Source of the DNA: Capsulimonadaceae bacterium
GTDB taxonomy: Bacteria > Armatimonadota > Armatimonadia > Armatimonadales > Capsulimonadaceae
Direction: 5' to 3'
DNA: 64,000 nucleotides
Assembly: GCA_965215505.1 (NCBI GenBank)
Contig: OZ244065.1
Coordinates: forward strand, 3,232,001 to 3,296,000
Shown: one piece after another, positions 40,362-49,844 of the stretch
Layout of the letters: each line of letters opens with the position of its first letter
Numbering within the stretch: position 1 is the first letter of the stretch
The notes under the pieces: generated by a model
The model's input: only the letters and a program-made list of their open reading frames with translations
The model's database searches: none
What the model was told of the DNA's origin: nothing
Position numbers and translations under genes: made by a program

Positions 40362-43016
40362 TCAGCGGCTTGGCGTGGCGGGCGGCTCTTCCAGGGCGTA
40401 GGCGGCGGCCTGCTCCGGTGTCATGGCCTGGCCCTCCGCCCAGGCGGCGGCGAAGACGGCGGGCGGGAGCGACCGGTGGGCGTCCTCGATGGCGCGGTGC
40501 AGGTTATCTAGGGCGGATGATTTCTCGTGGAAGCCGGCGGCGTCGTTCAGCCTTTTGCCCGCCCCGAGCAGCCGGGCGGCGTGTTCGGGCAGCCCCCGCC
40601 CGAGCGCGAACCGTCCCAGGATCGCCAGGCCATCACTGACCGTCTGGACGTCGCCCACCTCGGCGGCCGCCTCAAAGACCTCCCGGTAGAGTGACTGCGC
40701 CCGCGCGTAGTCCCCCGTCTCGGCGGCGATCTCCGCCTGGATGGAGTGGGAGAGCGCGGCTCCTCTTCGGTCGCCCAGGGTGCGGAAGATAAGCAGGCTC
40801 TCCTCGCAGGCGGCCTGGGCCGCCTTGAAATCCCCGCGCTCGCGCTCCAGGAACGCGATGTTGGTGAGAGTCGAGGCGACATTGCCTTCCTTTCCCAACT
40901 CCCGCCACAAGGCTTTGGCTTCTAACAGCAGCGGCTCCGCCTGCGCGAAATCCCCCATGAGCGCCGCCAATCCCCCCAGGTTGTTGAGCGAGGAGGCGAT
41001 GCCGCGCCCGTCGCCGACCACGCGCCAGATCGCCAGACTCCGCCGCTGCAACTCGCCCGCGCCTGCCATGTCCCCCACACGGCGCGTCAGGACGGCCAGC
41101 CCGCTGAGTGCCCGCGCCTGCGCGACGGTGCCGCCGTCCCCGTCCAAGCCGGACCGCTCCAGGGCGCATTCCAGGCGTCTCCGCCCTTCGCTCAGGGGGC
41201 CGCGGGTGGCCCAGAAACGCCACAAAGCCCCCGCGATACGCAGCCCGCGCGCGGCGTCCCCCTCTTGCGACTCGTCCCAATCCAGGGCGGCCCGCAGGTT
41301 GTCCTGGTCTTCCCCCAGGCGGTTCAGCCAGAGGGCCTGATCGGGGCCGGTCAGCAGCGGCTCCGCCGACTCGGCCAGGCGCAGGAAGTGGGCGGCGTGG
41401 CGGTCGGCGAGGCTGACCCGCTCGCCCTCCGCGAGCTGCGAGGCGGCGAACTCGCGCAGGGATTCGAGCAGGCGGAAGCGCATCCCGTCGTCGGCGTCCT
41501 CGGAAGTCACCAGCGAGTAGGAACGCAGCCGGCCCAGGGCGTCGAGCGCCTGCGGCTCCTCGCAGACCTCGCGCGCGGCGTCCGCCGTCCATCCGCCCCG
41601 GAACACGGACAAGCGCGCCCAGAACCGCGCAAGGTCCGGCGGCAGCAGGTCGTAGCTCCACGCGATGGCCGCGCGCAGCGTCTGGTGGCGCTCCGTCACG
41701 CCCTTGCGCCGGGACCGCAGCAAGGTGAATCGCTCGGCCAGGCGGCCCTGCATCTGGCCGGGCGTCAGCAGGGATGACCAGGCGGCGGCAAGCTCCAGGG
41801 CCAGCGGGATGCCTTCCAGGCCGCGGCAGACGTCGGCCACGGCCCCGGCGTTGCGGGCGGTGACCTGGAAGTCAGGCCGAGCCGCCCGCGCCCGGTCGGC
41901 GAAGAGCTGGATGCCGGGGAACAGCAGCAGGCTTTCGGGCGAAAGCGGGGGCCTGCCCTGGCCTTCCTGTGCCTGCGGCGTCGGCAGCGGCGACAGCGGG
42001 TATTCGTGTTCCCCCGCGACAAACAGGCGCGCGCGCGACGTGGCGAGGACCGTGAGCGACGGGACGCGCGTCAGCAGGGCGAGCAGGGGCGCGGCGGCCC
42101 CCTCCCCCATCTGTTCCAGGTTGTCCAGGACGAGCAGGGCGGGCGCGGCGCACAGGGCGGCGGCGACGCGGTCCAGCGGCTCGCCCGTGGTCGTGCGCGG
42201 CAGGCCCAGGGCGTCGGCGACGGCCTCGGGGATGAGGCGGGGGTCGGTGAGATCGGCGAGGGCCACGAAATGGACCCGGCCGTCCAGGCGGGCGGCGGCC
42301 TGACGGGCGGCTTCCAGGGCCAGGCGGGTTTTGCCGGTCCCGCCCGGCCCGGTCAGTGTCACCAGGCGGACAGACTCGCCGGCGAGCAGGGCGGCGAGGT
42401 CCGCCCGTTCCCGCTCGCGCCCGAAGAAGCGGGTGAAGGTCATCGGCAGGCGCGGCGGCGCGGCGGCGGGGTCGGGCGAGGCGATGACGGGCGGGGCGGC
42501 GGCCCCCGGCGACTCCGCCGTGTCTCCCGAGGCTTCCTCCCAGGCGGCGGTCAGCCGCTCGCGCTCCTCGATCACCCAGTCGTCATAGAGGCCCGGCAGC
42601 AGTTCGCCCCGGTACAGGCTCCGGGCGGCCACCAGGGCCTCGTGCCGCTTTTCGGGCGACCGGGCGGCGTCCCGGAGGGCGGCCTCAAAGTCGCAGACGT
42701 CGGTGGAAACGGCGGCGGGGTTGAGGCGCACCGCCCCCCGGTCGGCGATCAGCACGCCGCCCGCCGGGGTGCCGGGCGGCTCCAGCAGGCGGCGCAGGAT
42801 GGCGAGGCTCTGCTTGAGGTTGTTGCGCCCCGTTTCCTGGTCGGCCTCGGGCCACAGCAGGTCGGCCAACTCCTCGCGCGGGTGGGTGCGTTGGGGGAAC
42901 AGGGCGAGCCGGGCCAGAAGCAGGGCTGTCTTCCGGGTGCGGAAGCGCGTCACCGTCAGGTCGCCGGACTGGGCGCGCATCCAGCCGAGCATCTCGATCC
43001 GCCAGGGTGTGTTCAT
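40362..43016 (-). CDS. AfsR/SARP-like regulator: wHTH-BTAD, STAND ATPase, TPR
   Basis: LYRGELLPG..DDWV, FFGRERE, GPGGTGKTRL, LVLDNLE, GIPLALELAA, TPR repeats; start ATG 43016. Confidence 0.92.
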   Translation of the reverse strand: MNTPWRIEMLGWMRAQSGDLTVTRFRTRKTALLLARLALFPQRTHPREELADLLWPEADQETGRNNLKQSLAILRRLLEPPGTPAGGVLIADRGAVRLNPAAVSTDVCDFEAALRDAARSPEKRHEALVAARSLYRGELLPGLYDDWVIEERERLTAAWEEASGDTAESPGAAAPPVIASPDPAAAPPRLPMTFTRFFGRERERADLAALLAGESVRLVTLTGPGGTGKTRLALEAARQAAARLDGRVHFVALADLTDPRLIPEAVADALGLPRTTTGEPLDRVAAALCAAPALLVLDNLEQMGEGAAAPLLALLTRVPSLTVLATSRARLFVAGEHEYPLSPLPTPQAQEGQGRPPLSPESLLLFPGIQLFADRARAARPDFQVTARNAGAVADVCRGLEGIPLALELAAAWSSLLTPGQMQGRLAERFTLLRSRRKGVTERHQTLRAAIAWSYDLLPPDLARFWARLSVFRGGWTADAAREVCEEPQALDALGRLRSYSLVTSEDADDGMRFRLLESLREFAASQLAEGERVSLADRHAAHFLRLAESAEPLLTGPDQALWLNRLGEDQDNLRAALDWDESQEGDAARGLRIAGALWRFWATRGPLSEGRRRLECALERSGLDGDGGTVAQARALSGLAVLTRRVGDMAGAGELQRRSLAIWRVVGDGRGIASSLNNLGGLAALMGDFAQAEPLLLEAKALWRELGKEGNVASTLTNIAFLERERGDFKAAQAACEESLLIFRTLGDRRGAALSHSIQAEIAAETGDYARAQSLYREVFEAAAEVGDVQTVSDGLAILGRFALGRGLPEHAARLLGAGKRLNDAAGFHEKSSALDNLHRAIEDAHRSLPPAVFAAAWAEGQAMTPEQAAAYALEEPPATPSR

Positions 43017-43203
43017 GGTTCTTACAACAAAGGGTGCGTGGGATGGTAAGACTTGCTCTTTCCATTGTAACACGAAAGTCAGCGTTTCTCTCTTCCACGC
43101 CCACTTTCCGGTATTGTCACCGGCATTAGCAGACGAAAAAGCCCCCGGCGCGAGGCCAGGGGCGGGATGATGCGGTCCCCGTTTTCGGCGACTTTTTCGG
43201 GCT

Positions 43204-43977
43204 TTAGTGGGCCGCCTTCTTCCGCTTGGCGGCGACCACGACGCCGCCCAGGCCGAGGGCCAGCAGCAGGCCGAACGAAACCGTCGTGGAGGCTTCGGGC
43301 ACGGGACCGGCGGCATTCGTCTTGACGACCACGTTGTCCAAGCCCCAGCTCTCGTTGCTCAGGCTCTCGTCCGGCTGGCCCGTGAAACTCAGGGCCAGGG
43401 CGCTGGAGGCGTCGTTGAACGTGAACGACAGGTGGTAGACTGCGTCCTCAGCATCAGAGCCGAACCCGTTGCCGAAGACGTAGCCCAGCGTCTTCTTTTC
43501 CGCCGCGCCGGTATAAGGGGAGTAAGTGCCCCCCGTCAGGTAGCCCCCGGTCCCGTTGGCACCGCCGAAGGACTGCGTTTCGCCGGCTTGCAGATCATAG
43601 TTCGCGAAGTTTGTGGCGAGGAGCGTGTTGCCGTTTGCCGCGAACGACCACGGATCGGGGGCGCCGCCGAATTCGCCATTGCCGTCCATGGAGTCGATCA
43701 CATAGAGGTCGAAGGTGACGTTGACCGTGCTGTGCGCGGCAAGGCCGGCCAAAGAAAGAGTCGTGGTCTGGTTGCCGAACTGCCCGAGGAACTTGTCGGC
43801 GGCATGCGCGGCCGTGCCGGGCGTGGTGTCCGTGGCACCGCTTGACCACCCGAGGCCGGCACCATTGGTGAAATTGTTGCTGTAAACGGTCGTGTTCTGG
43901 GCCGACGCAGGGTGGGGGGCGGCGAGGCTGACGAGGGCGGCGGCGAGGCCGAGGCCGGAGAGGCGTGAGAAGATCAT
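43204..43977 (-). CDS. Secreted PEP-CTERM-like surface protein
   Basis: Signal peptide; ESWGLDNV; VPEASTTVSFGLLLALGLGG...KRKK. Confidence 0.88.
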   Translation of the reverse strand: MIFSRLSGLGLAAALVSLAAPHPASAQNTTVYSNNFTNGAGLGWSSGATDTTPGTAAHAADKFLGQFGNQTTTLSLAGLAAHSTVNVTFDLYVIDSMDGNGEFGGAPDPWSFAANGNTLLATNFANYDLQAGETQSFGGANGTGGYLTGGTYSPYTGAAEKKTLGYVFGNGFGSDAEDAVYHLSFTFNDASSALALSFTGQPDESLSNESWGLDNVVVKTNAAGPVPEASTTVSFGLLLALGLGGVVVAAKRKKAAH

Positions 43978-44079
43978 TGTGGGCGTGCCTTTCTTAGACG
44001 CGGCGGTCGTTGGACCATCAGAATGTTGGGGACGACAAGAAAGCCCTCGGCTGTGCCCCCCAGGGAGGACGCTAGCATT

Positions 44080-44154
44080 AGGGTTGGCTTTGCCACTTTA
44101 CAAGACCGGAGCGGGGCGGCGACCAAGAACGTGCTCCGACAGGACAGCTTCCCT
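44080..44154 (-). ncRNA. Structured leader RNA, c-di-GMP-II-like, copy 1
   Basis: AGGG/CCCU closing stem, GGAAGC, CGGAGC/GCUCCG stem, loop UUGGU..GCCGC pairing with downstream GUGGC..GCCAA. Confidence 0.6.
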
Positions 44155-44180
44155 GTGCCTGAGTTGATCAGGCAACGGCT

Positions 44181-44215
44181 ATTATACCATGCTGACGTAA
44201 ACACAGCGTAAAACG
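44181..44215 (-). promoter_or_regulatory. Extended -10 plus TTTACG direct repeats, copy 1
   Basis: TTTACG twice at 11-bp period, then TGGTATAAT. Confidence 0.65.
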
Positions 44216-44313
44216 GTATTGTAGCAAAGGCTACAGCAGGAGAAGCGGCGGATGGTGAGACTAAAATCCGCACCGAAAAACCGGCAATTTTCTGGGGCAA
44301 GAGGACACAAAAG

Positions 44314-44342
44314 AAGGCCCAGCCGGCAATGGCTGGGCCTTT
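44314..44342. terminator. Intrinsic terminator
   Basis: aaggcccagcc/ggctgggcctt. Confidence 0.7.
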
Positions 44343-44359
44343 CCGAGCGGGGCGCTTAC

Positions 44360-44654
44360 TCAGACAGTGCTTTTCTTCCGCTCGGCGGCGACCACGAGAA
44401 CGCCCAAAGCCAGCAGCAGGCCGCAGGAGACGGTCGTGGAGGCCTCCGGCGCGGGTGTGGGTGTGCCGTTCAGCGGCGTGATGGTGACGCCCGGTGCCCC
44501 GCTCATCAGGGTGACAGACCCTGACGGGCTGAACCGGAGGTCGAACAAGGAAGCGTCAGCCTGCCCTGGTGCCTGCAAAGCGAGGCTGAAGTCGCTCGGA
44601 TCGGCGCCCGGCGGCGGCAGCAAGGCCGAGGCCCAGAATGCGAGGGGTGATCGT
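44360..44654 (-). pseudogene. Decayed PEP-CTERM gene
   Basis: ACG at the start position, signal remnant ITPRILGLGLAAA out of frame with the APEASTTVSCGLLLALG tail. Confidence 0.7.
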
Positions 44655-44759
44655 GGCGTTAGCCTCTTTCTGCTCCACAGCAGTGCTGTCGGGAGACCGG
44701 CGGTTTCGGGCAACGAAAAAGCCCAAGACGAATGCCCTCCACAGAGGGGCAGTGTAATC

Positions 44760-44833
44760 AGGGACCGGTTTCGCCATCCAACAAGCCGGAGCGGACGGCG
44801 GCCAAGAACATGCTCCGGCAGGACTGCTTCCCT
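44760..44833 (-). ncRNA. Structured leader RNA, c-di-GMP-II-like, copy 2
   Basis: Homologous to copy 1; GCCGGAGC/GCUCCGGC stem; CGCCGU/AUGGCG pseudoknot. Confidence 0.6.
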
Positions 44834-44859
44834 CACGCGTGGATCATCACGCATGGGGC

Positions 44860-44895
44860 AATATACCAGGCCATCGTAAACGTATCGTAAAACGG
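44860..44895 (-). promoter_or_regulatory. Extended -10 plus TTTACG direct repeats, copy 2
   Basis: TTTACG twice at 11-bp period, then TGGTATATT. Confidence 0.65.
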
Positions 44896-45036
44896 TTTTG
44901 TAACTGGAGCAACAACAACGGGCAAAAAAGGGGTTTTTCAGGCCGAATCAGCCCGGAGCATGAAAAACCGGTACGAATAAGGGGGGAGCCAGGGGGCGTC
45001 TTGACAACTGCTCCCGCTTCTGCTAGACTTTGAGTT

Positions 45037-45672
45037 ATGGGCGATACACTCGAAACCAGCCAGCGAGACATGATGACACCTCCCCCGCCGAGCGGCGGCA
45101 TTGACTGGGACGCGCAGCCCGCGTCCCTGACGACGCGCGAGGTGGCGGCCCTTCTGGGCAAGTCGCCCGGCAATGTCCGCGCCCGCGCCTCCAAAGGCGA
45201 CTTCGGGCCGACGGCGACCGGACCAGACGGGCTGCCCCGCTACGACCGCGACCGGGTGCGGATCATCGGGGAGCGCATGGCCGCCCGTCAGGCGCAAGTG
45301 GCGGCGCTGATCGGCCCCGCCGCCCCGCCGGACCCGTCACTGGCCGTCCTGCTGGCGGCCTTGCAGGCGCAGCAGGGGGAACAGGTTGCGCTCTATAAAA
45401 TCTGGGTGGAGGAGTCGCGTGAGGCAGCCCGTTTGGCGAAAGAGGAAGCGAAGGAGTTGCGGGCCGCCCTGCGTGATCGGGAGGAAACGACCCGCGAAAC
45501 CCTGACGCACATGGACATGCTGTGTGAGCAGAGGGTCTCACAGGTGAAGGGAGTCCTGGAGCGGGAGCGCGCGTCTTGGGAGCGGGAGGTTGCGGCCAAG
45601 GACGCCGAGATCGAGCGACTGAGGGCGGCCTCGGTCCCGGAAAAGGGCCGCTCGCAACTTTGGCGCAAGTAG
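45037..45672 (+). CDS. HTH (MerR/excisionase-like) plus coiled-coil protein
   Basis: LTTREVAALLGKSPGNVRAR; long heptad region; TTGACA N17 TAGACT at 45001-45029. Confidence 0.7.
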   Translation: MGDTLETSQRDMMTPPPPSGGIDWDAQPASLTTREVAALLGKSPGNVRARASKGDFGPTATGPDGLPRYDRDRVRIIGERMAARQAQVAALIGPAAPPDPSLAVLLAALQAQQGEQVALYKIWVEESREAARLAKEEAKELRAALRDREETTRETLTHMDMLCEQRVSQVKGVLERERASWEREVAAKDAEIERLRAASVPEKGRSQLWRK

Positions 45673-45691
45673 GAAAGGGAAAGGGCAGACT

Positions 45692-45958
45692 ATGGCAACA
45701 AGGTATAAGGTCAGCGTCGCGTTCCAGGGGACGGCCGTCGTGGAGATCATCGCGGCCTCGCCCGAGGCGGCCCGCCTGGCGACGGCGGAGCTGACGCTGG
45801 CGGACCTGGCGCGGGAGGGGCATTCGGACGTCCATTCCCTGCGGATCGCCGCCAAGGAGATCACGCCCGCCGCCACCCTCACCGGGGAGGACGAGGCGGG
45901 CGCGGACGAGAACGCGCCGCGCAAGCCGCGGCCGTCAGGGTGGTATCGGCCCGCGTGA
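45692..45958 (+). CDS. Hypothetical protein
   Basis: 88 aa with purine-rich RBS. Confidence 0.6.
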   Translation: MATRYKVSVAFQGTAVVEIIAASPEAARLATAELTLADLAREGHSDVHSLRIAAKEITPAATLTGEDEAGADENAPRKPRPSGWYRPA

Positions 45959-46060
45959 GTGCGTGGAGGGAACAGTCCTGGCCCGTTAGTCCCCGGCAGC
46001 AGTCCCCGGCCCTGAAGGGCCGGGGGGTTCTTTCCATATCCCCCGCGTGAGAAACCCACA

Positions 46061-47125
46061 ATGCCACCCACCTTCACCCGCCGCAATCTACTCACCGCCG
46101 CGCTCACCGGCCTGGCCGGCGCCTCCCTGCCTGCCGCCCGGTCCGATGCCGACCTGTCCCCACCCCACCCGGACGATATGGCGATTAATGCCGAAACCGC
46201 CCTGCTCTTCCCGCCCCAGGCCCCGCTGACGCCTACGCCCGGCAAGCGCGATGCGCGGGCGGTCTGGGCGCGCGTGCCGACGCGCCCGGACCCGGCCGTC
46301 CTGCTGTTCCTGCACGGCTACGGCAACTACGTCACGGTGGACGACAAGGGCCGCTCCCGTGTCCCCGATTGGGCGGCAGATGACCCGGCCGCCCGCGCGG
46401 GCGCGCGGGCACGGCCCGCCGCGCCGCTGGCCTATGGCCTGGACCGGCTTGGTTTGGCACAGCCGGGGAGAAGCCCAATCGTCCTGGTGCCCGAAGACGG
46501 CGCGCTGGCGCACGGCGCGTTCTGGGCCAGGACGCCGGGCGGCCAGTATCAGGACCCTGCCCGACTCGGCGGCCTCGTCGCGGCTTCCCTCGCCCATCTA
46601 GCCCACCTGCGCCGTCCGGACGGGCCGCCGTATCTGGCCGGGCCGGACAGCGGGGATGTGGAGCGCGTTTACCTCTGCGGCCATTCGGGGGCGGGCCTGC
46701 CGCTCCAGGAGGCGGCGGGGTCGGACCTGGTCCTGCCCCGCGCGGGCGTCCCGACCGACCTGTGGCTGTTCGACTGCACCTACTGGTCGGAGGTGACGAA
46801 CTTCACCCGCTTCTGCGCCCGCTGGCACGGCGCGGGCCGTCTGGCCGCAGGGCGACGGACCGCCGCCCGGTTCGTCTGCGTCTACCGCCCGAAGACGCAA
46901 ACAGAAGCCGTCGCCGATGTCCTGCGCGGGGAGGTCGCACGGGTGCTGGGCGTCGCGCCTGATACTCTGGTTAAAGATCATGTCAAGGCCGGGGCCGGGG
47001 ACAACTACGCCGCCGAGATCCGCCCGGCGCTGCGGGCGAGCGGCGTTCTGTTCGTGCGGACGTACTTGGAACACGACGACATCCCCAACTATTTCATCCC
47101 CCGGCTGCTGGAGACGGCGGCTTAA
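46061..47125 (+). CDS. Tat-exported alpha/beta-hydrolase-like protein
   Basis: TRRNLL; FLHGY; GHSGAG; LFD; C-terminal His. Confidence 0.7.
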   Translation: MPPTFTRRNLLTAALTGLAGASLPAARSDADLSPPHPDDMAINAETALLFPPQAPLTPTPGKRDARAVWARVPTRPDPAVLLFLHGYGNYVTVDDKGRSRVPDWAADDPAARAGARARPAAPLAYGLDRLGLAQPGRSPIVLVPEDGALAHGAFWARTPGGQYQDPARLGGLVAASLAHLAHLRRPDGPPYLAGPDSGDVERVYLCGHSGAGLPLQEAAGSDLVLPRAGVPTDLWLFDCTYWSEVTNFTRFCARWHGAGRLAAGRRTAARFVCVYRPKTQTEAVADVLRGEVARVLGVAPDTLVKDHVKAGAGDNYAAEIRPALRASGVLFVRTYLEHDDIPNYFIPRLLETAA

Positions 47126-47149
47126 GAGCAATGCAGAAAGGCCGAGCGG

Positions 47150-47419
47150 ATGCGGAATGAGATCGGTGAGCCGACGGGGATGCGCGTCCGGCGCGAGTCG
47201 GGGGCGGAGGAGACTTTGGAGTTCGCCGCGTTCGTCGCCGCGATCGAGCGCGGCGACATCGGGGCGGACGAGGAGGTCTGTTCCCATATCGTGACGCGGG
47301 ATGCGTGGGTGCGCGTCGGGGAGATGCGGCTGTACCGGGAGATAATGCGCGATGGTGGCGGACCGGAGCGCGAGGCGGAAGAGGAGCGCGTGTGGCCGCC
47401 CGCGCCGCAGTGGGAGTGA
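47150..47419 (+). CDS. Small hypothetical protein ending EEERVWPPAPQWE
   Basis: 89 aa ORF. Confidence 0.55.
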   Translation: MRNEIGEPTGMRVRRESGAEETLEFAAFVAAIERGDIGADEEVCSHIVTRDAWVRVGEMRLYREIMRDGGGPEREAEEERVWPPAPQWE

Positions 47420-47445
47420 GAGGGATGGAAATGAGAGGGAGAAGG

Positions 47446-47573
47446 CACCGGCCATGAATGGCCGGCCTACTCTGGAATGAAAGTCGCTCCGCGACTGAGG
47501 ACAAGCCGATTGGCGCATCTTCAACCCCGGAGGGGTGTTCACTGAACAGTAGGCCGGCCATTCATGGCCGGTG
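47446..47573. repeat. 128-bp element with perfect 26-bp terminal inverted repeats
   Basis: caccggccatgaatggccggcctact / agtaggccggccattcatggccggtg. Confidence 0.85.
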
Positions 47574-47576
47574 TCT

Positions 47577-49844
47577 TTATTCCAGCACCACATACATCGT
47601 CTCGGCGGGCAGCTTCACCGTCAATCTTCCGCCCACGCGGATGATGGGGACAGCGCGGACAGCGTACCCGGCGGCGTCGAGCAGGGTGGCTTTGGTCAGG
47701 GCCGGGTTCGTCACCGTCAGGGTTACGTCGGCGTTGACGATCTGCCAGGGCGCGGCCCCGGTCTTGACGACCTCGTAGCCGTGCAGGGTGGCTTTGCCGT
47801 CTTCCGAGGGGAAGTCGGCTTCCTTCGCCGACCAGCCCGTGGGCCGGGCGGCCGTCCCCACCTGCACCAGAACCCGGTGCGAGCGGCGCAGCGGCAGGTC
47901 GTCCAGGGAGACGACGGCGACGGTGGCGTAGGGGTTACCCGACGTGACGGCGATGTCCGCCAGTGTCACCGTGCCGGCTTTTCTGAGGAAGCCCGTCACG
48001 CCCTGCGCTTTGGGGGCGTTCACCACGCACAGCCCCTTGCCGTAGTTCAGGCGGACCTCACCGGTCTCGCTCTTGACGGTCTTGGCCGGGGCGTCAATGA
48101 AGGGCGTCAGGTCCGTTAGCTTCGTCAAAGCCGGGTCGCCACCGTAGGTGACGCGGACGGGGCCGACCAGGAAGGCCAGGGGGTTCGCGCCCCGCACGAT
48201 GACAGATTGGCCCGCGCCGGTCCCCGCCCGGTTCGGGTCGAAACTCTTGTCTTCGGCGATGAGCGGCTGTTTACGCTCCCACAAGTCGGTCAAGGGCCGC
48301 TGCTCCTGGACGACGGGGGCACCCTGCTTCAGATAGCCTTTCCGGTACATCAGGGCGCAGGCGGGGAACTCGCCCATGATCTCGGGGACGCTGGCCGACC
48401 ACTTGATCAAGGGGTGTGAGCCGGCGATGTTCAGGAACGAGAAGCCCAGGTCGGTCCGGTACTCCGGCGCGTCGGCGCTGAACCAGTAGAAGGTGTTCAC
48501 GCCCGTCAGCGACTGGTAGGCGGCCATCAGGAACGGGCCTTCGGACTGATACCCGAGCGGCGTGACCCAGGAGCTTTCCGTGATGACCGTCGGGTGCCCC
48601 GCCACCTGCTTCAAGTTGGTCGGCAGGTCGCGCGGGTCCAGCAGGGCGGACTGATTGGAAAAGTGGTGGCCGGGGTCAATGCGCCAGCCGTTGTTGCCGC
48701 CCAGATGAACGCCGCCGTTGTAATACTTGTTTACGGCCACCACGTCGGCGGCGGTGTAGGTGTACCGCTCGACATCGTTCAGCTTCACCGGGTCCGCCGT
48801 GAACCAGTTGGACGCATTAACGAGCTGCTTGCAGCCCAAGGTTTTCTTGTAGTAGTCGGTGATGTCGGCGTAAAACCCGCGCTGGGTGTCGGCGAAGAAA
48901 TGGACTTGGTCCGCCACCCGCTTTTGCTTCGGCCCGGTTTCCTCGTGCGTCAGGTTCCAGGTCGGCAGGACGACGACCTGGCCGCTGCTCCAGTCATCCT
49001 TCGGCTCCAATGCCCCCGCCCAGGCGGCTTTTGCCGCATCTAGACTGCCGTACTGCCGGGTCAGCCAGGCGGCGAACCTCTTACCCAGCAAAGCCTGCTG
49101 CTCGGGGTGCATGGCCTGCATGGTCCAGAAGAACATGCCGTCCTCGTTCTGCACCTGGATGATGGCGACTGCCGGATCATTGGCAAGCGCGATGCCCGTG
49201 TACGGGTTGGGCCGGGCGTAGAGCGCCTTGGCCCAGGCCTTGTACCCGGCCTGGAGCTGCGGGTTGAAGAACAGCAGGCCCCAGATGTCGGTCTGGCCGG
49301 TGTAGCCGTTTATCCCCCACCCCGTCACCTTTTTGCCGTTCGCCCAGTAGGGCGAGAGGGTGGTGTAAATCCCCTCTTTTTTCAGGGCGGCCACCATGCG
49401 CCAGATGCCGTCGATCTCCTTCTCGTTGACGGCCGTGATCGGCCCGCCGTCCACGTCCGGCGCGATCTGCGTGTGCAGGCGGACCATGTTGACGCCGAGG
49501 CGGGCCAGGAACCGCGCCTGCCGCGCCATGTCTTCGGGCGAGTTCCGGTAGACGTCCGACCCGCAGGCCCAGAAGCGGACGGGTTTGCCGTCGCCCAGGA
49601 CGAACGATTGGCCGTCGACGCTGAGATGGACAAAACCGGTTTCCCCCGCCGTCTTCTCGTTCAGGGGCCGCAGGTCCAGCACCGCACCGGGCCGCGTGTT
49701 GCCGGGATAGGAAAAGGCCCAGGTGCCGAGTTCCTGCCCTTCCTGCGCGTGTGCGGGGGCGAGCGAGGCGAGGCCAAGCAGAGACGTGAGCAGGGCGAAA
49801 GCGGCAGCGGCGGTGCCGAAGGGGCGGCGTGATTTGGGTGTCAT
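47577..49844 (-). CDS. Secreted clan GH-A-like glycoside hydrolase
   Basis: Signal peptide; GVNMVRLH, NPYTG..LANDPA, QNED, ITES; start ATG 49844. Confidence 0.75.
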   Translation of the reverse strand: MTPKSRRPFGTAAAAFALLTSLLGLASLAPAHAQEGQELGTWAFSYPGNTRPGAVLDLRPLNEKTAGETGFVHLSVDGQSFVLGDGKPVRFWACGSDVYRNSPEDMARQARFLARLGVNMVRLHTQIAPDVDGGPITAVNEKEIDGIWRMVAALKKEGIYTTLSPYWANGKKVTGWGINGYTGQTDIWGLLFFNPQLQAGYKAWAKALYARPNPYTGIALANDPAVAIIQVQNEDGMFFWTMQAMHPEQQALLGKRFAAWLTRQYGSLDAAKAAWAGALEPKDDWSSGQVVVLPTWNLTHEETGPKQKRVADQVHFFADTQRGFYADITDYYKKTLGCKQLVNASNWFTADPVKLNDVERYTYTAADVVAVNKYYNGGVHLGGNNGWRIDPGHHFSNQSALLDPRDLPTNLKQVAGHPTVITESSWVTPLGYQSEGPFLMAAYQSLTGVNTFYWFSADAPEYRTDLGFSFLNIAGSHPLIKWSASVPEIMGEFPACALMYRKGYLKQGAPVVQEQRPLTDLWERKQPLIAEDKSFDPNRAGTGAGQSVIVRGANPLAFLVGPVRVTYGGDPALTKLTDLTPFIDAPAKTVKSETGEVRLNYGKGLCVVNAPKAQGVTGFLRKAGTVTLADIAVTSGNPYATVAVVSLDDLPLRRSHRVLVQVGTAARPTGWSAKEADFPSEDGKATLHGYEVVKTGAAPWQIVNADVTLTVTNPALTKATLLDAAGYAVRAVPIIRVGGRLTVKLPAETMYVVLE

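Noticed and set aside
44080-44833. Cobalamin riboswitch (AGGGAA start)
   Set aside because: No GCCACUG or B12 box; pseudoknot pattern fits c-di-GMP-II-like architecture better
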